The position numbers and the translations under genes are program-made. From positions 64,001 through 128,000 of the forward strand of contig QCDI01000003.1 in assembly GCA_003280965.1 (NCBI GenBank): a DNA stretch of 64,000 nt. The letters run 5' to 3'. This document shows, in pieces, positions 11,827 through 23,170 of the stretch. The notes beneath the pieces were generated by a model that saw nothing but the letters and a program-made list of their open reading frames with translations, searched no databases and was not told where the DNA came from. This stretch comes from Prochlorococcus sp. AG-355-B18 (GTDB taxonomy: Bacteria; Cyanobacteriota; Cyanobacteriia; PCC-6307; Cyanobiaceae). Numbering within the stretch: the first letter of the stretch is position 1; every line of letters begins with the position of its first letter.

Positions 11827-13506
11827 TTATGCAGCTGCTCGTTCGAGAAGTCTAGAAGCGTAATCATTTGCTTCGCTAGAACCTCCCCCAATCATTTCAA
11901 TTAATTCATTTTTTCTTTCTTTTTTTGTCGATAATTTTGATATGGAAGTATAAGTTAATCCATCTCTTACATCTTTATACACCTTAAAGTGAGCATATCC
12001 TCTAGCAGCTAAAAAAGGCTGATGAGTAATACATAAAACCTGTTGGGCTTTAGATATTTCTTTAATTAATTGAACCAAAGCAAATAAAGATTTACCACTC
12101 AAACCATTATCAATTTCGTCTAAAAAGAAAGTATTAGGTTTTTTTGAAATACTAGATTTAATCGCCAATAAGAATCTTGACATTTCTCCACCAGAAATAA
12201 CACTTGATAAAGGAGCTAGCCTCTGATCAGGATTAGCAGAAAATAAAAATTGTATATCATCAATACCATCACCAGAAGGCTTACATTCGGAAAATTGAAT
12301 TAAAAAATTTGCATTTTCTAATCCTAAATCTCTTAAAATAGAGATTACTGAATCTTGTAACTGTTTAGCAATTTTTTTTCTTTCAATAGACTTAGTGAGA
12401 AATAAAGAATTCAACTTACTTTGTAAGTTTTTGAATTGATTTTCCATATTACGAATTTCATTATCTTGGCCGCTTTCTGAGCAATATGCCCTTAATTGAT
12501 CTCGCTTTTCAATTAGTTGAGGTATGTCCAGTGAAAATTTTCTTTCCAAGTTTTTTAAAAAAAATAATCTTTTTTGTATTTCTGATAGATTTGATTCATT
12601 ATTATCTATGTCATTTAAATAGGAGCTTAAAGCAAAAATTAAATCTTCAACACAAGTCTGGATATGTAATAAATTTTCTCTAAACTTATGAATTTCTAAA
12701 TCAAAATCTGCTGTTTTATTTAAATTTTTTATAGATTGATTTATCAATGAAGCAACTGATTGTTCATCATGACTGAAATTATTTAAGTTATTTAAAGATG
12801 ATTGAATTGAATTATTAATTTCGAGATTATTTACAAGTTTATTTTCTAATACCTCTAATTCTAAGATTTCCTCATTAGAATCTAAGTTAGCTTCCTCTAA
12901 AGTCTTCAACATTTGTTGGATTACTAAGTTACTTTCTTCTTTCTTCCTTGAGGATTCTATTTTTTCAGTCATTAATCCTTTTAAAATTTGACTTTCACCC
13001 CATATATTTTTAATCTTTACGCTATTGTCTCTAAATTCTTGCGAACATAAATCATCAATAATTAATCTTCTCTGATCTTGAGAATCAAATATAAAAGTAT
13101 CAGATTGACCTGCAAAATCTATTAATAATCTTCCAAGTTCTTCTAAAGATTTTTTATTAATTGATAAATTGTTCAGGCTATATTTAGATAAAACTTTATT
13201 ATTTTTTCTATAGGATATTCTTTTAATATTGAGTTCTGAAGAGCTACTTTTAAAACCATTACTAGTTAGCCAGTTATTGATTTGAAAAGAAGAAGAAAAC
13301 TTTGCCTCGATAACACAATTATCTTTTCCTGGACGTATTAAGTGCTTTAAAGGTATATTGGTTCCACCAAATAAAACATTTAAGGAATCTAAAATCAACG
13401 ATTTTCCCGAACCAGAATCCCCAGTAATGATATTCAAACCTTTTTCGAAATTAATTTCTATAATTTCTATTAGAGCAATATTTTCTAACTTTAATTTTAT
13501 TAGCAT
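11827..13506 (-). CDS. recN: DNA repair protein RecN
   Basis: ITGDSGSGKS, coiled coil, FSANP, ISGGEMSRF, DEID, LCITHQP. Confidence 0.95.
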   Translation of the reverse strand: MLIKLKLENIALIEIIEINFEKGLNIITGDSGSGKSLILDSLNVLFGGTNIPLKHLIRPGKDNCVIEAKFSSSFQINNWLTSNGFKSSSSELNIKRISYRKNNKVLSKYSLNNLSINKKSLEELGRLLIDFAGQSDTFIFDSQDQRRLIIDDLCSQEFRDNSVKIKNIWGESQILKGLMTEKIESSRKKEESNLVIQQMLKTLEEANLDSNEEILELEVLENKLVNNLEINNSIQSSLNNLNNFSHDEQSVASLINQSIKNLNKTADFDLEIHKFRENLLHIQTCVEDLIFALSSYLNDIDNNESNLSEIQKRLFFLKNLERKFSLDIPQLIEKRDQLRAYCSESGQDNEIRNMENQFKNLQSKLNSLFLTKSIERKKIAKQLQDSVISILRDLGLENANFLIQFSECKPSGDGIDDIQFLFSANPDQRLAPLSSVISGGEMSRFLLAIKSSISKKPNTFFLDEIDNGLSGKSLFALVQLIKEISKAQQVLCITHQPFLAARGYAHFKVYKDVRDGLTYTSISKLSTKKERKNELIEMIGGGSSEANDYASRLLERAAA

Positions 13507-13574
13507 GATAAAACTTCCTTATAAAAAAAATAACTTCTTTTTTAGAAAAATAAAGGTTTTAAATATATAAAGTT

Positions 13575-15431
13575 ATGAAAGAAGATTTTACTGATTTTAT
13601 TGAAGTGTCTGGCCTGTTGGAATATGATCCAGATACAATATCAAAAATATACCAAAAAAACCCGAAAAGGCTTTTAAAAAGACTTTGGCAAACGCTTATA
13701 CCTATTTTTGCTTATATATTTTCTGTTGGTTGGGATAAATTAACTGGAAGACTGAAAAATGAAGCCAAAGCAAGATTTAGGGCAAAGGAATTAACAAATT
13801 TATTAGTAGAACTTGGGCCAGCATTTGTGAAAGCAGGTCAAGCTTTATCAACAAGACCAGATATCATTCCGGCGATACTTCTTGAAGAGTTATCTGAATT
13901 GCAAGATCAACTTCCAGGCTTTGACGGAGATAAAGCTATGGAATTAATAGAAGAAGATTTAGGATCCAAAATAGATGAAATTTTTTTAGAAATTGATAAA
14001 GAGCCCATTTCTGCAGCTTCTTTAGGACAAGTGCATAAAGCCAAACTAAAGAATGAGGAAGTTGTTGCAGTTAAAGTACAACGACCAGGTTTAAGAGAAC
14101 AAATTACTTTAGATCTTTACATTGTAAGAAATATTGCTTATTGGCTTAAAAATAATATTGGATTGATAAGAAGCGATCTCGTTGCATTAATTGATGAATT
14201 AGGAAAAAGGGTTTTCGAAGAAATGGATTATTTAAATGAAGCCGAAAATGCTGAAAAATTTAGAAATATGCATAAACATAACCAAATGATTGCGGTGCCA
14301 AAAATATTTAAAGAAATAACTTCAAGAAGGGTTTTAACTATGGAATGGATCGATGGTACAAAATTAACTAATTTAGAAGATGTAAAAAAATTAGGTATCG
14401 ACCCAGACAAAATGATTGACATTGGAGTGCAATGCAGTTTAGAACAACTTTTAGAACATGGTTTTTTTCATGCTGACCCTCATCCAGGGAATTTATTAGC
14501 TCTGAAAGATGGAAGACTTTGTTATCTAGATTTTGGAATGATGAGTGAGGTTTCCAGAGACTCTAGATCTGGTTTAATACAAGCAGTTGTACATTTGGTG
14601 AATAAAAACTTCGATAAACTTTCTCAAGATTTCGTAAAATTAGGATTCTTATCAGAAGAAGTAAATCTAGAGCCAATAGTTCCAGCATTTCAAGATGTTT
14701 TTATTAACGCGGTTGAGCAAGGTGTTTCAAAAATGGATTTCAAAAGCGTTACAGACGATATGTCTGGTGTGATGTATAAATTCCCATTTAAATTGCCTCC
14801 ATATTACGCGCTTATTATTAGGTCATTACTTACATTAGAAGGAATTGCTTTAAGCGTAGACCCAAAATTTAAAATACTTGGTGCAGCTTATCCATATTTC
14901 GCGAGAAGGTTGATGGAAGATCCTGATCCACAATTAAGAGAAAGCTTGAAAGAAATGCTTTTTGATAATAAAAAATTTAAATGGGACCGATTAGAAGATT
15001 TATTATCTAATGCTGCAAAACAAACAAATCTCGATTTAGAAAAACTTTTGGATGAAGTTATAAATCTTCTTTTTTCTTCAAAAGGGGGATTTCTCAGAGA
15101 TGAAATAATTGAAGGATTAACAAACCAAATAGATTTATTTAGTCTGAGAATATTAAAAAATTTAAATAACTACCTTCCAAGCTCCATCAAATTAAATACA
15201 ACTGATGAAACCAATAACTTGAATGATCTTATAATACAAATAGAGCCATTAAGAAACTTTTTAGAAATTATACAAAAAGTTCCTGGCTACTCAATTGATA
15301 TTTTTATAAAAAGAGTTCCTCGACTTATAAATGAACCTTATACAAAAGAAATGGGTATAAAAATTGCAAAAAAGGTAACAGAAAAAGGAGTTGTTAGACT
15401 TGTAAAAATTGCTGCTGGTGCAAATATTTGA
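13575..15431 (+). CDS. ABC1/UbiB (AarF) family atypical kinase
   Basis: LGPAFVKAGQALSTRPD, AASLGQVH, VAVKVQRP, FFHADPHPGN, LDFGMM. Confidence 0.93.
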   Translation: MKEDFTDFIEVSGLLEYDPDTISKIYQKNPKRLLKRLWQTLIPIFAYIFSVGWDKLTGRLKNEAKARFRAKELTNLLVELGPAFVKAGQALSTRPDIIPAILLEELSELQDQLPGFDGDKAMELIEEDLGSKIDEIFLEIDKEPISAASLGQVHKAKLKNEEVVAVKVQRPGLREQITLDLYIVRNIAYWLKNNIGLIRSDLVALIDELGKRVFEEMDYLNEAENAEKFRNMHKHNQMIAVPKIFKEITSRRVLTMEWIDGTKLTNLEDVKKLGIDPDKMIDIGVQCSLEQLLEHGFFHADPHPGNLLALKDGRLCYLDFGMMSEVSRDSRSGLIQAVVHLVNKNFDKLSQDFVKLGFLSEEVNLEPIVPAFQDVFINAVEQGVSKMDFKSVTDDMSGVMYKFPFKLPPYYALIIRSLLTLEGIALSVDPKFKILGAAYPYFARRLMEDPDPQLRESLKEMLFDNKKFKWDRLEDLLSNAAKQTNLDLEKLLDEVINLLFSSKGGFLRDEIIEGLTNQIDLFSLRILKNLNNYLPSSIKLNTTDETNNLNDLIIQIEPLRNFLEIIQKVPGYSIDIFIKRVPRLINEPYTKEMGIKIAKKVTEKGVVRLVKIAAGANI

Positions 15432-15432
15432 A

Positions 15433-16005
15433 ATGAAGTTAAGTAAATTTTTAATAGTTAAAATAATTTTTATATTTATTAGTTCTCAATTAATTTTTAG
15501 TGTTTCAAAAGTTAAAGCTGCTGAAGAAATTAAAATTGTATACAGCCTATTTTCTAGAACCATTAAAGTAAGTTCATTAAAAAGTTTTGCTGAAGGAGGT
15601 AATTCAACAAAAACACTTAAAAAAATTTTAAAAGCAACAGGTTCTGCTGATAAAGAGATTAAATCAGTACTAAATAAAAAATTTGAAATCCCTATAACAA
15701 TTGCAAGCAAATTAGTATATTCAGAAATAGGAAATATTTTTCTAACAAGACTTTCATCTATTATTCATCCCCCCAATACAGATGACGCAAGAACCGGTAT
15801 GTTAGCCCTAAGAGCAAGTGTTGTTCAAGGAATTAAGATTGGAAATGGAAAAATAAATCTTATAAATTTTTTTGAAGGATATCCAACTAAAACTGTTATT
15901 TTAGATGTAAATGCTTTGAGCAAAGTTATGAATAAAGTAGAATCAATTTCAGAATTATTAGATTTTTTTACCAATTCACCCTTAGAAAAAATTAAAACAA
16001 ACTAA
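15433..16005 (+). CDS. DUF1400-like cyanobacterial exported protein
   Basis: Signal peptide ending KAAEEI, ALRASVV, YPTKTV; ATG at 15433. Confidence 0.7.
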   Translation: MKLSKFLIVKIIFIFISSQLIFSVSKVKAAEEIKIVYSLFSRTIKVSSLKSFAEGGNSTKTLKKILKATGSADKEIKSVLNKKFEIPITIASKLVYSEIGNIFLTRLSSIIHPPNTDDARTGMLALRASVVQGIKIGNGKINLINFFEGYPTKTVILDVNALSKVMNKVESISELLDFFTNSPLEKIKTN

Positions 16006-16011
16006 ACAGTT

Positions 16012-17115
16012 ATGGTGCTATTAAATAAAATTAAAAATAAACTGGGTATTAACTATAGAAAAAAAAGATGGCCCGGTTTAATCGAAGCTTACAAACAATA
16101 TCTTCCAGTTACAAAAAAAACCCCTATTATCTCACTAAATGAAGGAAATACACCATTAATTCTCAGTGACTCACTTGGAAAATTAATTGGAAATGGAACA
16201 AAAGTTTTTTTAAAATATGATGGTCTAAATCCCACAGGATCTTTTAAAGATCGCGGGATGACCATGGCTATAAGCAAAGCAAAAGAAGAAGGTCGTGAAG
16301 CAGTTATTTGTGCCAGTACTGGAAACACCTCTGCTGCTGCTGCTGCATATGCTTCTAGGGGAGGATTAAAACCGTATGTTTTAATCCCAGAGGGATTTGT
16401 TGCACAAGGAAAACTCGCACAAGCTTTAATGTATGGAGCTGAGATCATATCAATAAATGGAAACTTTGATAAAGCTCTAGAAATTGTGAGAGATTTATCT
16501 TCAGAACATCCAATAGAACTTGTTAATTCTGTTAATCCATATCGAATAGAAGGCCAAAAAACAGCCGCCTTTGAAATTGTTGATGATTTAGGTTTTGCAC
16601 CTGATTGGCTTTGTATTCCAATGGGAAATGCGGGAAATATAACTGCTTATTGGTTAGGTTTTAAAGAATATTCAAAAATAAAAAGGAATTTGAGGTTGCC
16701 AACTATGATGGGTTTTCAATCTGAAGGATCGGCACCATTAGTTAAAAATATAATTGTTAAAGACCCTGAGACAATTGCAACTGCTATAAGAATCGGGAAC
16801 CCTGTTAATAGAGAAAAGGCAAAGAAAGTAAAAAAAGAAAGTAAAGGAGATTTTCAGTCAGTTACAGATGAAGAAATAATTAATGCTTATAAGATCCTCG
16901 CAAAAGAAGGAGTATTTTGTGAACCTGCTAGTGCTGCTTCAGTTGCTGGACTCATAAAAAATAAAAATAGAATTCAAAAAGGTTCGAAAATCGTTTGTGT
17001 CCTTACTGGAAATGGATTGAAAGATCCTGATTGCGCTATTAAAAATAATGATGCTATTTTCAGAAAAAACATTGAGCCTTCGTTAAAAAATATAACCAAA
17101 ATCTTAGGATATTAG
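16012..17115 (+). CDS. thrC: Threonine synthase
   Basis: [32 protein letters not shown]. Confidence 0.96.
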   Translation: MVLLNKIKNKLGINYRKKRWPGLIEAYKQYLPVTKKTPIISLNEGNTPLILSDSLGKLIGNGTKVFLKYDGLNPTGSFKDRGMTMAISKAKEEGREAVICASTGNTSAAAAAYASRGGLKPYVLIPEGFVAQGKLAQALMYGAEIISINGNFDKALEIVRDLSSEHPIELVNSVNPYRIEGQKTAAFEIVDDLGFAPDWLCIPMGNAGNITAYWLGFKEYSKIKRNLRLPTMMGFQSEGSAPLVKNIIVKDPETIATAIRIGNPVNREKAKKVKKESKGDFQSVTDEEIINAYKILAKEGVFCEPASAASVAGLIKNKNRIQKGSKIVCVLTGNGLKDPDCAIKNNDAIFRKNIEPSLKNITKILGY

Positions 17116-17452
17116 TATCCAAAAAAATTAGTGTCTGTGGAAATCAGTAATAAACAAGCTTAAATTGTTGAAAAACAAAATAAAAGTAATTCGTTTTGTT
17201 AATTAAAGAAAGAACTAGTTTAAAAATTTAAATTTATTCAACAAATAGAAAAATTTTTCCACCTTTTTAAATATTGAAAAACAAAGCAAGGTAGGTGAAT
17301 AAATTCAAAATTCCACAATTTCCACAATTACTACTACTACTAAATTTATTTATTTTTTATTTATTTTTATATTAGAAAAGTAAATAAAGTAAGTTATTGA
17401 ATTTAATTTACGAAAAAAGTATATTGTATTTGTAAAAAAGTTCCAAAGTCCG
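17116..17452. other. oriC: Chromosomal replication origin oriC
   Basis: DnaA-box-like 9-mers at 17136-17144, 17166-17174, 17255-17263, 17309-17317 and 17318-17326; (TAC)4 at 17329-17340; AT-only tract after it; lies upstream of dnaN. Confidence 0.8.
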
Positions 17453-18610
17453 ATGGAGATTATTTGTAATCAAAATGAGTTAAATAATGCTATTCAATTA
17501 GTCAATAAAGCAGTTTCTTCAAGACCAACTCATCCAATTCTTGCAAATATACTTTTAACAGCCGATCAAGGAACAAATAAAATTAGCTTAACGGGATTTG
17601 ATCTCAACTTAGGAATTCAAACTTCTTTTGATGGAACTGTTACAAATAGCGGGGCTATTACGATACCTTCAAAACTTTTATCAGAAATAGTTAATAAATT
17701 ACCCAGTGAAACTCCTGTTTCCTTAGAAGTAGATGAGAATTCTGAAAGTATTTTAATTAAAAGTGATAGAGGTTCTTTTAATATAAAAGGTATTCCCTCT
17801 GATGATTATCCAAAATTACCATTTGTTGAAAGTGGAACTTCTTTAAATATTGAACCTAGTTCTTTTTTAAAATCTTTAAAATCTACGATTTTTGCTAGTA
17901 GTAATGATGATTCAAAGCAATTACTTACAGGAGTCAATTTTAGCTTTAAACAAAATTATTTAGAGTCTGCTTCCACAGATGGTCATAGATTGGCTGTAGC
18001 GTTAATAGGTAACGAAGAATATATAGAAAATAAAGATAACTCACTTTTAAATGAAGGTGATCTATCAGTTACTATTCCAACTAGATCATTGAGAGAAATA
18101 GAAAAACTAGTTTCTTTAAAAAGCTCAGAAAAATCAATAAAGCTTTTTTACGATAAAGGTCAGGTAGTGTTTATTTCTTCTAATCAAATAATTACAACTA
18201 GAACTCTCGAAGGTACTTACCCGAATTATTCGCAATTAATTCCTGATACTTTTTCTAAGATTTTTAATTTTAATACTAAAAGATTAATTGATGCATTAGA
18301 AAGAATTGCTGTTTTGGCAGATCAGCAGAGTAATGTTGTGAAGATTAAATTAGATAATACAGATTCAGCTTCAATCAGTGCAGATGCAAAAGATATTGGA
18401 AATGCTAACGAAACTGTTCCTGTTTCATACTCTGGAGAAAATTTTGATATTGCATTTAATGTTAGATATCTTTTAGAAGGTTTAAGAGTTATTTCTTCAG
18501 AAAATGTACTTTTAAAATGTAATCTTTCAACTACTCCAGCTGTTTTTGTACCAGAAGATAATCTGAATTCTTTTACTTATTTAGTTATGCCTGTACAGGT
18601 TCGTTCTTAA
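17453..18610 (+). CDS. dnaN: DNA polymerase III beta sliding clamp
   Basis: PILANILL, STDGHRLA, LEGTYPNY, IAFNVRYL, YLVMPVQ. Confidence 0.97.
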   Translation: MEIICNQNELNNAIQLVNKAVSSRPTHPILANILLTADQGTNKISLTGFDLNLGIQTSFDGTVTNSGAITIPSKLLSEIVNKLPSETPVSLEVDENSESILIKSDRGSFNIKGIPSDDYPKLPFVESGTSLNIEPSSFLKSLKSTIFASSNDDSKQLLTGVNFSFKQNYLESASTDGHRLAVALIGNEEYIENKDNSLLNEGDLSVTIPTRSLREIEKLVSLKSSEKSIKLFYDKGQVVFISSNQIITTRTLEGTYPNYSQLIPDTFSKIFNFNTKRLIDALERIAVLADQQSNVVKIKLDNTDSASISADAKDIGNANETVPVSYSGENFDIAFNVRYLLEGLRVISSENVLLKCNLSTTPAVFVPEDNLNSFTYLVMPVQVRS

Positions 18611-18611
18611 T

Positions 18612-19319
18612 TTGAAACTACCTAAAGAAATTTTATTAAGTGAATTACTAAATTACAGTGTTAAGGGCAATTTGGCTCTTAATTACGGAAATGGTGAAAA
18701 TGTTTGGATGCATCCTCCAGTGCATAGAATTTTAGGATGGTACTCTCGTCCTTCAAATTTTGATTTAAAACGTAATGTCTGGCGATTAAATCAAATTATT
18801 CAAATAATAGATAATGAAATTTATGTGAAAGGTGAGCCAGCGATTTCTGATTTGGCAACTTTAAACAGGTTCCCAACTTTAATAGAAGCTAATCTGATAA
18901 ATATTAATGGTTCAAAAATAGGAGTTATTGCTGACTTTTTATTCGAAATAAAAACTGGAAAAATTAAATATTATTTGGTTTCTAGATCTAATCCTAAGAT
19001 TCCAGGTTCTAGCAGATGGAAATTAAATATTGAAAATATTAATGATCAACAACCAGGTTTAGTTTTTTGTGAAAGTAGTTCTTTAGATGATTTATTTTTA
19101 ATAAAATCAAGTTTTAAAAATGAATTTTTGCAAAAAGGAAAAAAAATTTTTACTAGATTTGATGATATGAAAAATATAGCTGCTAATAGATTAGAGGATT
19201 GGCTTGAAGAAGATGAAGATATAAACCAAAAGTTAGATTTTGAAGAAAAAAGTTTTTATAATGATGATAAAACATCAAGATCTTTTAGTGATAAAAAAGA
19301 AGATGACCCTTGGATTTAA
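18612..19319 (+). CDS. Conserved hypothetical PRC-barrel domain protein
   Basis: GSKIGVIADFLFEIKTGKIKYYLVS PRC-like segment; acidic DDPWI tail. Confidence 0.7.
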   Translation: MKLPKEILLSELLNYSVKGNLALNYGNGENVWMHPPVHRILGWYSRPSNFDLKRNVWRLNQIIQIIDNEIYVKGEPAISDLATLNRFPTLIEANLININGSKIGVIADFLFEIKTGKIKYYLVSRSNPKIPGSSRWKLNIENINDQQPGLVFCESSSLDDLFLIKSSFKNEFLQKGKKIFTRFDDMKNIAANRLEDWLEEDEDINQKLDFEEKSFYNDDKTSRSFSDKKEDDPWI

Positions 19320-19322
19320 AGA

Positions 19323-21662
19323 ATGATAAATTTTGAAAATAATGATCTATATGATCTTAATGAAGTATTGAAAATTGAAAATTTAACAATTAATGATTAT
19401 GAAGAAATTTGTAAAAGATTAAATAGAAAACCAAATAGGACTGAACTAGGAATGTTTGGCGTTATGTGGTCTGAACATTGTTGTTATAGAAATTCAAAAC
19501 CTTTATTAACTAAGTTTCCCACTAAAGGAAAAAATATTTTAGTAGGTCCTGGAGAAAATGCTGGTGTTATTGATGTAGGAAATAATCAAAAACTTGTTTT
19601 TAAAATAGAAAGTCATAATCATCCTTCAGCAATTGAACCTTTTCAAGGAGCGGCAACAGGAGTAGGAGGAATATTAAGAGATATTTTTACAATGGGAGCA
19701 AGGCCAATCGCAGTATTGAACTCACTTAGATTCGGAAATCTTGATAAGCAATCAAATATTGATTTGCTTCGAGGAGTTGTATCAGGTATTGCACATTATG
19801 GAAATTGCGTAGGTGTACCCACTGTTGGAGGTGAAATTGATTTCGATGATAGTTACTCTGGTAATCCTTTAGTCAATGTTATGGCTTTAGGACTTTTAGA
19901 GACTGATGAAATTGTTTGTTCCGGAGCAAAAAATGTAGGATCACCTGTGCTATATGTTGGTAACACTACAGGCAGAGATGGAGTTGGAGGTGCTAGCTTT
20001 GCAAGTTCTGAATTAACTACTGCATCATTAGATGACAGACCTGCAGTACAAGTAGGAGATCCATTTATTGAGAAAAGTCTTATAGAAGCTTGTTTAGATG
20101 CTTTTAAGACAGGAGATGTAATTGCAGCTCAAGATATGGGTGCAGCAGGTTTAACTTGTAGTAGTGCAGAAATGGCTGCCAACGGAAATTTAGGTATATC
20201 TATTGATTTAGATTTGGTTCCTTCCAGAGAAGATAATATGTCGTCATATCAATATTTACTATCTGAATCGCAAGAAAGAATGTTATTCGTAGTGAAGGAA
20301 GAAAAAATTAAAACTCTTATTGAAAAATTTAATAAATGGGGATTATACGCCAATGTTATTGGTGAAGTAATAGCTAGTAATGAGGTAATTATTTCCCATA
20401 AAAGTAAAATCGTTGCTCAAATACCTACTTCTGCTTTGTCTGAAGACACCCCTGTGAATGTCCATAATGTGATAAGAACCCCACCTGATTATTTGCTAAA
20501 GAAATGGGAATGGAAAGAAAGTAATTTACCAGAAATAAATGAGCAAAAAATATTTTCATTGAAAGAAAATAAAACTTACTCTTATTCAGAAATCATTTTA
20601 AAACTTCTCTCTAATCCTTCAATAGCTTCTAAAAGATGGATTTTTAAACAATATGACTCTCAAGTTCAAGCAAATACAGTTTTTAAACCAGGAGAATCAG
20701 ATGCAGCGGTAATAAGACTTAGAGAACAAAATGAAAAAAATAAAAATAAAGTATTTTCTGGTGTTGCTGCCTCTGTTGATTGTAATAGTAGATGGGTTTT
20801 TCTTGACCCTTTTAGAGGAACTATCGCCGCTGTTGCAGAATCTGCAAGAAACGTGAGTTGTGTTGGAGCAGAACCAGTTGCTATTACAAATAACTTGAAT
20901 TTTCCTTCTCCTGAAACTGATATAGGATATTGGCAACTTTCATCTTCATGTAATGGAATTTCTGAAGCATGTAAAGCTTTTGAAACTCCTGTAACAGGAG
21001 GAAATGTTTCCCTTTACAATGAATCCAAAAATAAAGAAAACGAAATTACTCCAATTAATCCCACTCCAGTTATTGGAATGGTTGGGAAAATAGATAATGT
21101 TGAAAAAGCTATTAGCAGTGAATGGAAAAATATTCATGATCAAATATGGTTAATTGGTTCTTATAAATCAGAAACAACAATTTCAGCTAGCTCTTACTTG
21201 GAATATTTTCATGGAGAAATTACAGGTCGTCCTCCAAAGTTGGATTTGGGAGATGAAAAATTTTGCCAGGGTTTTTTAAGGAATGCTATTTTAAAAAGTC
21301 TTGTAGTTTCTTCTCACGATGTTAGCGATGGGGGTTTATGCATAGCTCTAGCAGAGTGTTGTATTTTGTCAGGAAAAGGTGCAACTATAGATCTTAATAA
21401 AGATTTTAATAGAGATGATAATTTATTATTTGGAGAAGGCGGTTCTAGGATTATTTTTTCAATAGACAAAATGAAAGAAAATGAATGGTTAAATTATCTA
21501 AAAGAAAATCAAATCAATTTTCAACAAAGTATATATGTAAAAAAAATAGGAAATGTTTCTAGTAAAAATCTCAATATAAAAATTAGAGATAAAGATATTT
21601 GCAATATTAGGGTTGAGGAATTAACCGAAAAATTTAATAATAGTATCTCAGGTCACTTGTAA
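19323..21662 (+). CDS. purL: Phosphoribosylformylglycinamidine synthase subunit PurL
   Basis: MWSEHCCY, ESHNHPS, QDMGAAGL, SESQERM, GGNVSLYN. Confidence 0.97.
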   Translation: MINFENNDLYDLNEVLKIENLTINDYEEICKRLNRKPNRTELGMFGVMWSEHCCYRNSKPLLTKFPTKGKNILVGPGENAGVIDVGNNQKLVFKIESHNHPSAIEPFQGAATGVGGILRDIFTMGARPIAVLNSLRFGNLDKQSNIDLLRGVVSGIAHYGNCVGVPTVGGEIDFDDSYSGNPLVNVMALGLLETDEIVCSGAKNVGSPVLYVGNTTGRDGVGGASFASSELTTASLDDRPAVQVGDPFIEKSLIEACLDAFKTGDVIAAQDMGAAGLTCSSAEMAANGNLGISIDLDLVPSREDNMSSYQYLLSESQERMLFVVKEEKIKTLIEKFNKWGLYANVIGEVIASNEVIISHKSKIVAQIPTSALSEDTPVNVHNVIRTPPDYLLKKWEWKESNLPEINEQKIFSLKENKTYSYSEIILKLLSNPSIASKRWIFKQYDSQVQANTVFKPGESDAAVIRLREQNEKNKNKVFSGVAASVDCNSRWVFLDPFRGTIAAVAESARNVSCVGAEPVAITNNLNFPSPETDIGYWQLSSSCNGISEACKAFETPVTGGNVSLYNESKNKENEITPINPTPVIGMVGKIDNVEKAISSEWKNIHDQIWLIGSYKSETTISASSYLEYFHGEITGRPPKLDLGDEKFCQGFLRNAILKSLVVSSHDVSDGGLCIALAECCILSGKGATIDLNKDFNRDDNLLFGEGGSRIIFSIDKMKENEWLNYLKENQINFQQSIYVKKIGNVSSKNLNIKIRDKDICNIRVEELTEKFNNSISGHL

Positions 21663-21709
21663 ATATGAAAAACATTTTTCAACTAATAAAATTTTTACGA
21701 AATTAAGTT

Positions 21710-23170
21710 ATGTGCGGAATAGTTGGAATCGTTTCTTCAGATGATGTAAATCAACAAATTTATGACAGTCTCTTGCTTTTACAGCATAGAGGTCAAGATT
21801 CAACAGGTATAGCTACAATGGAAAATACTGTTTTCCATATACATAAGGCCAAAGGGCAGGTTAATACTGCATATAGAACTAGAGATATGAGGAATTTAAT
21901 CGGTAAAATAGGACTTGGTCATGTTAGATATGCAACAAAGGGGTCAGCAGAAAGTGTAGAGGAAGCCCAACCTTTTTACGTTAATGCACCTTATGGAATT
22001 GTTTTAATACATAATGGCAATTTGACTAATACTAGAGATTTAGAAAAACAACTATTTAATATTGATAAGCGTCATACAAATTCTTCAAGCGATACAGAAA
22101 TGCTATTAAATGTGTTTGCTACAGAATTGCAAGAACAAACTAATAAGCAAGAATTAGAACCTGATATTATTTTTGATGCTATCAAATCTTTGCATAAGAG
22201 AATTCAAGGATCATATGCTGCAATTGCATTAATTTCAGGTCATGGTTTATTAGCCTTTAGAGATCCTTTTGGTATTAGACCTTTAGTAATAGGAAAAAGA
22301 TTTTCATTAACTACAAAAAAAGAAGAGTGGATGGTAGCTAGCGAATCTTTAGTGCTCGAGAATAATGATTACCAAGTAGTGAGAGATGTAGATCCTGGAG
22401 AAGCTATTTACATAAATCTTAATGGCGAGTTTTTTTCTAAGCAATGTTCTGAAAATCCAATATTATGTCCTTGTGCTTTTGAATATGTTTATTTAGCTAG
22501 GCCAGATTCAATTATGAATGGAATTTCCGTTTATAAAGCTCGTTTGAAAATGGGAGATTATTTATCTGAAACAATAAAGGAAACAATTACTTCTGGAAAT
22601 GTTGATGTCGTAATGCCTATTCCTGATTCTTCTCGACCTGCCGCTATGCAAGTTGCAAGACAGTTAGGAATTGAGTATAGAGAAGGGTTTTTTAAAAATA
22701 GATATGTTGGCAGAACATTTATTATGCCTGGTCAACAGAAACGTAAGAAATCCGTAAGACAAAAGTTAAATGCTATGAGTGCAGAGTTTAAAAATAAAAA
22801 TGTATTAATAGTTGATGATTCGATAGTAAGAGGTACTACTTCAAAAGAAATTGTACAGATGGCTAAAGATGCAGGAGCAAATAAAGTTTTTTTTACATCA
22901 GCGGCTCCTCCAGTTCGTTTTCCTCATGTTTATGGAATTAATATGCCTAACAGAGATGAATTAATAGCCCATGATAGAACAATAAGAGAAATTGCTGATA
23001 AACTCGAAATTGATAATCTCGTTTATCAAAGTGTTGATAATTTACGTAAATCTATAATAAGTGATTCTATTGTCGAACATTTGGAGATGAGCTGTTTTAC
23101 GGGTACTTATGTAACAGGAACAGTAAATCAAGAGTATTTAAATTGGGTTGAAAATGAATATAAATCTTAG
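21710..23170 (+). CDS. purF: Amidophosphoribosyltransferase
   Basis: N-terminal [29 protein letters not shown]. Confidence 0.97.
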   Translation: MCGIVGIVSSDDVNQQIYDSLLLLQHRGQDSTGIATMENTVFHIHKAKGQVNTAYRTRDMRNLIGKIGLGHVRYATKGSAESVEEAQPFYVNAPYGIVLIHNGNLTNTRDLEKQLFNIDKRHTNSSSDTEMLLNVFATELQEQTNKQELEPDIIFDAIKSLHKRIQGSYAAIALISGHGLLAFRDPFGIRPLVIGKRFSLTTKKEEWMVASESLVLENNDYQVVRDVDPGEAIYINLNGEFFSKQCSENPILCPCAFEYVYLARPDSIMNGISVYKARLKMGDYLSETIKETITSGNVDVVMPIPDSSRPAAMQVARQLGIEYREGFFKNRYVGRTFIMPGQQKRKKSVRQKLNAMSAEFKNKNVLIVDDSIVRGTTSKEIVQMAKDAGANKVFFTSAAPPVRFPHVYGINMPNRDELIAHDRTIREIADKLEIDNLVYQSVDNLRKSIISDSIVEHLEMSCFTGTYVTGTVNQEYLNWVENEYKS

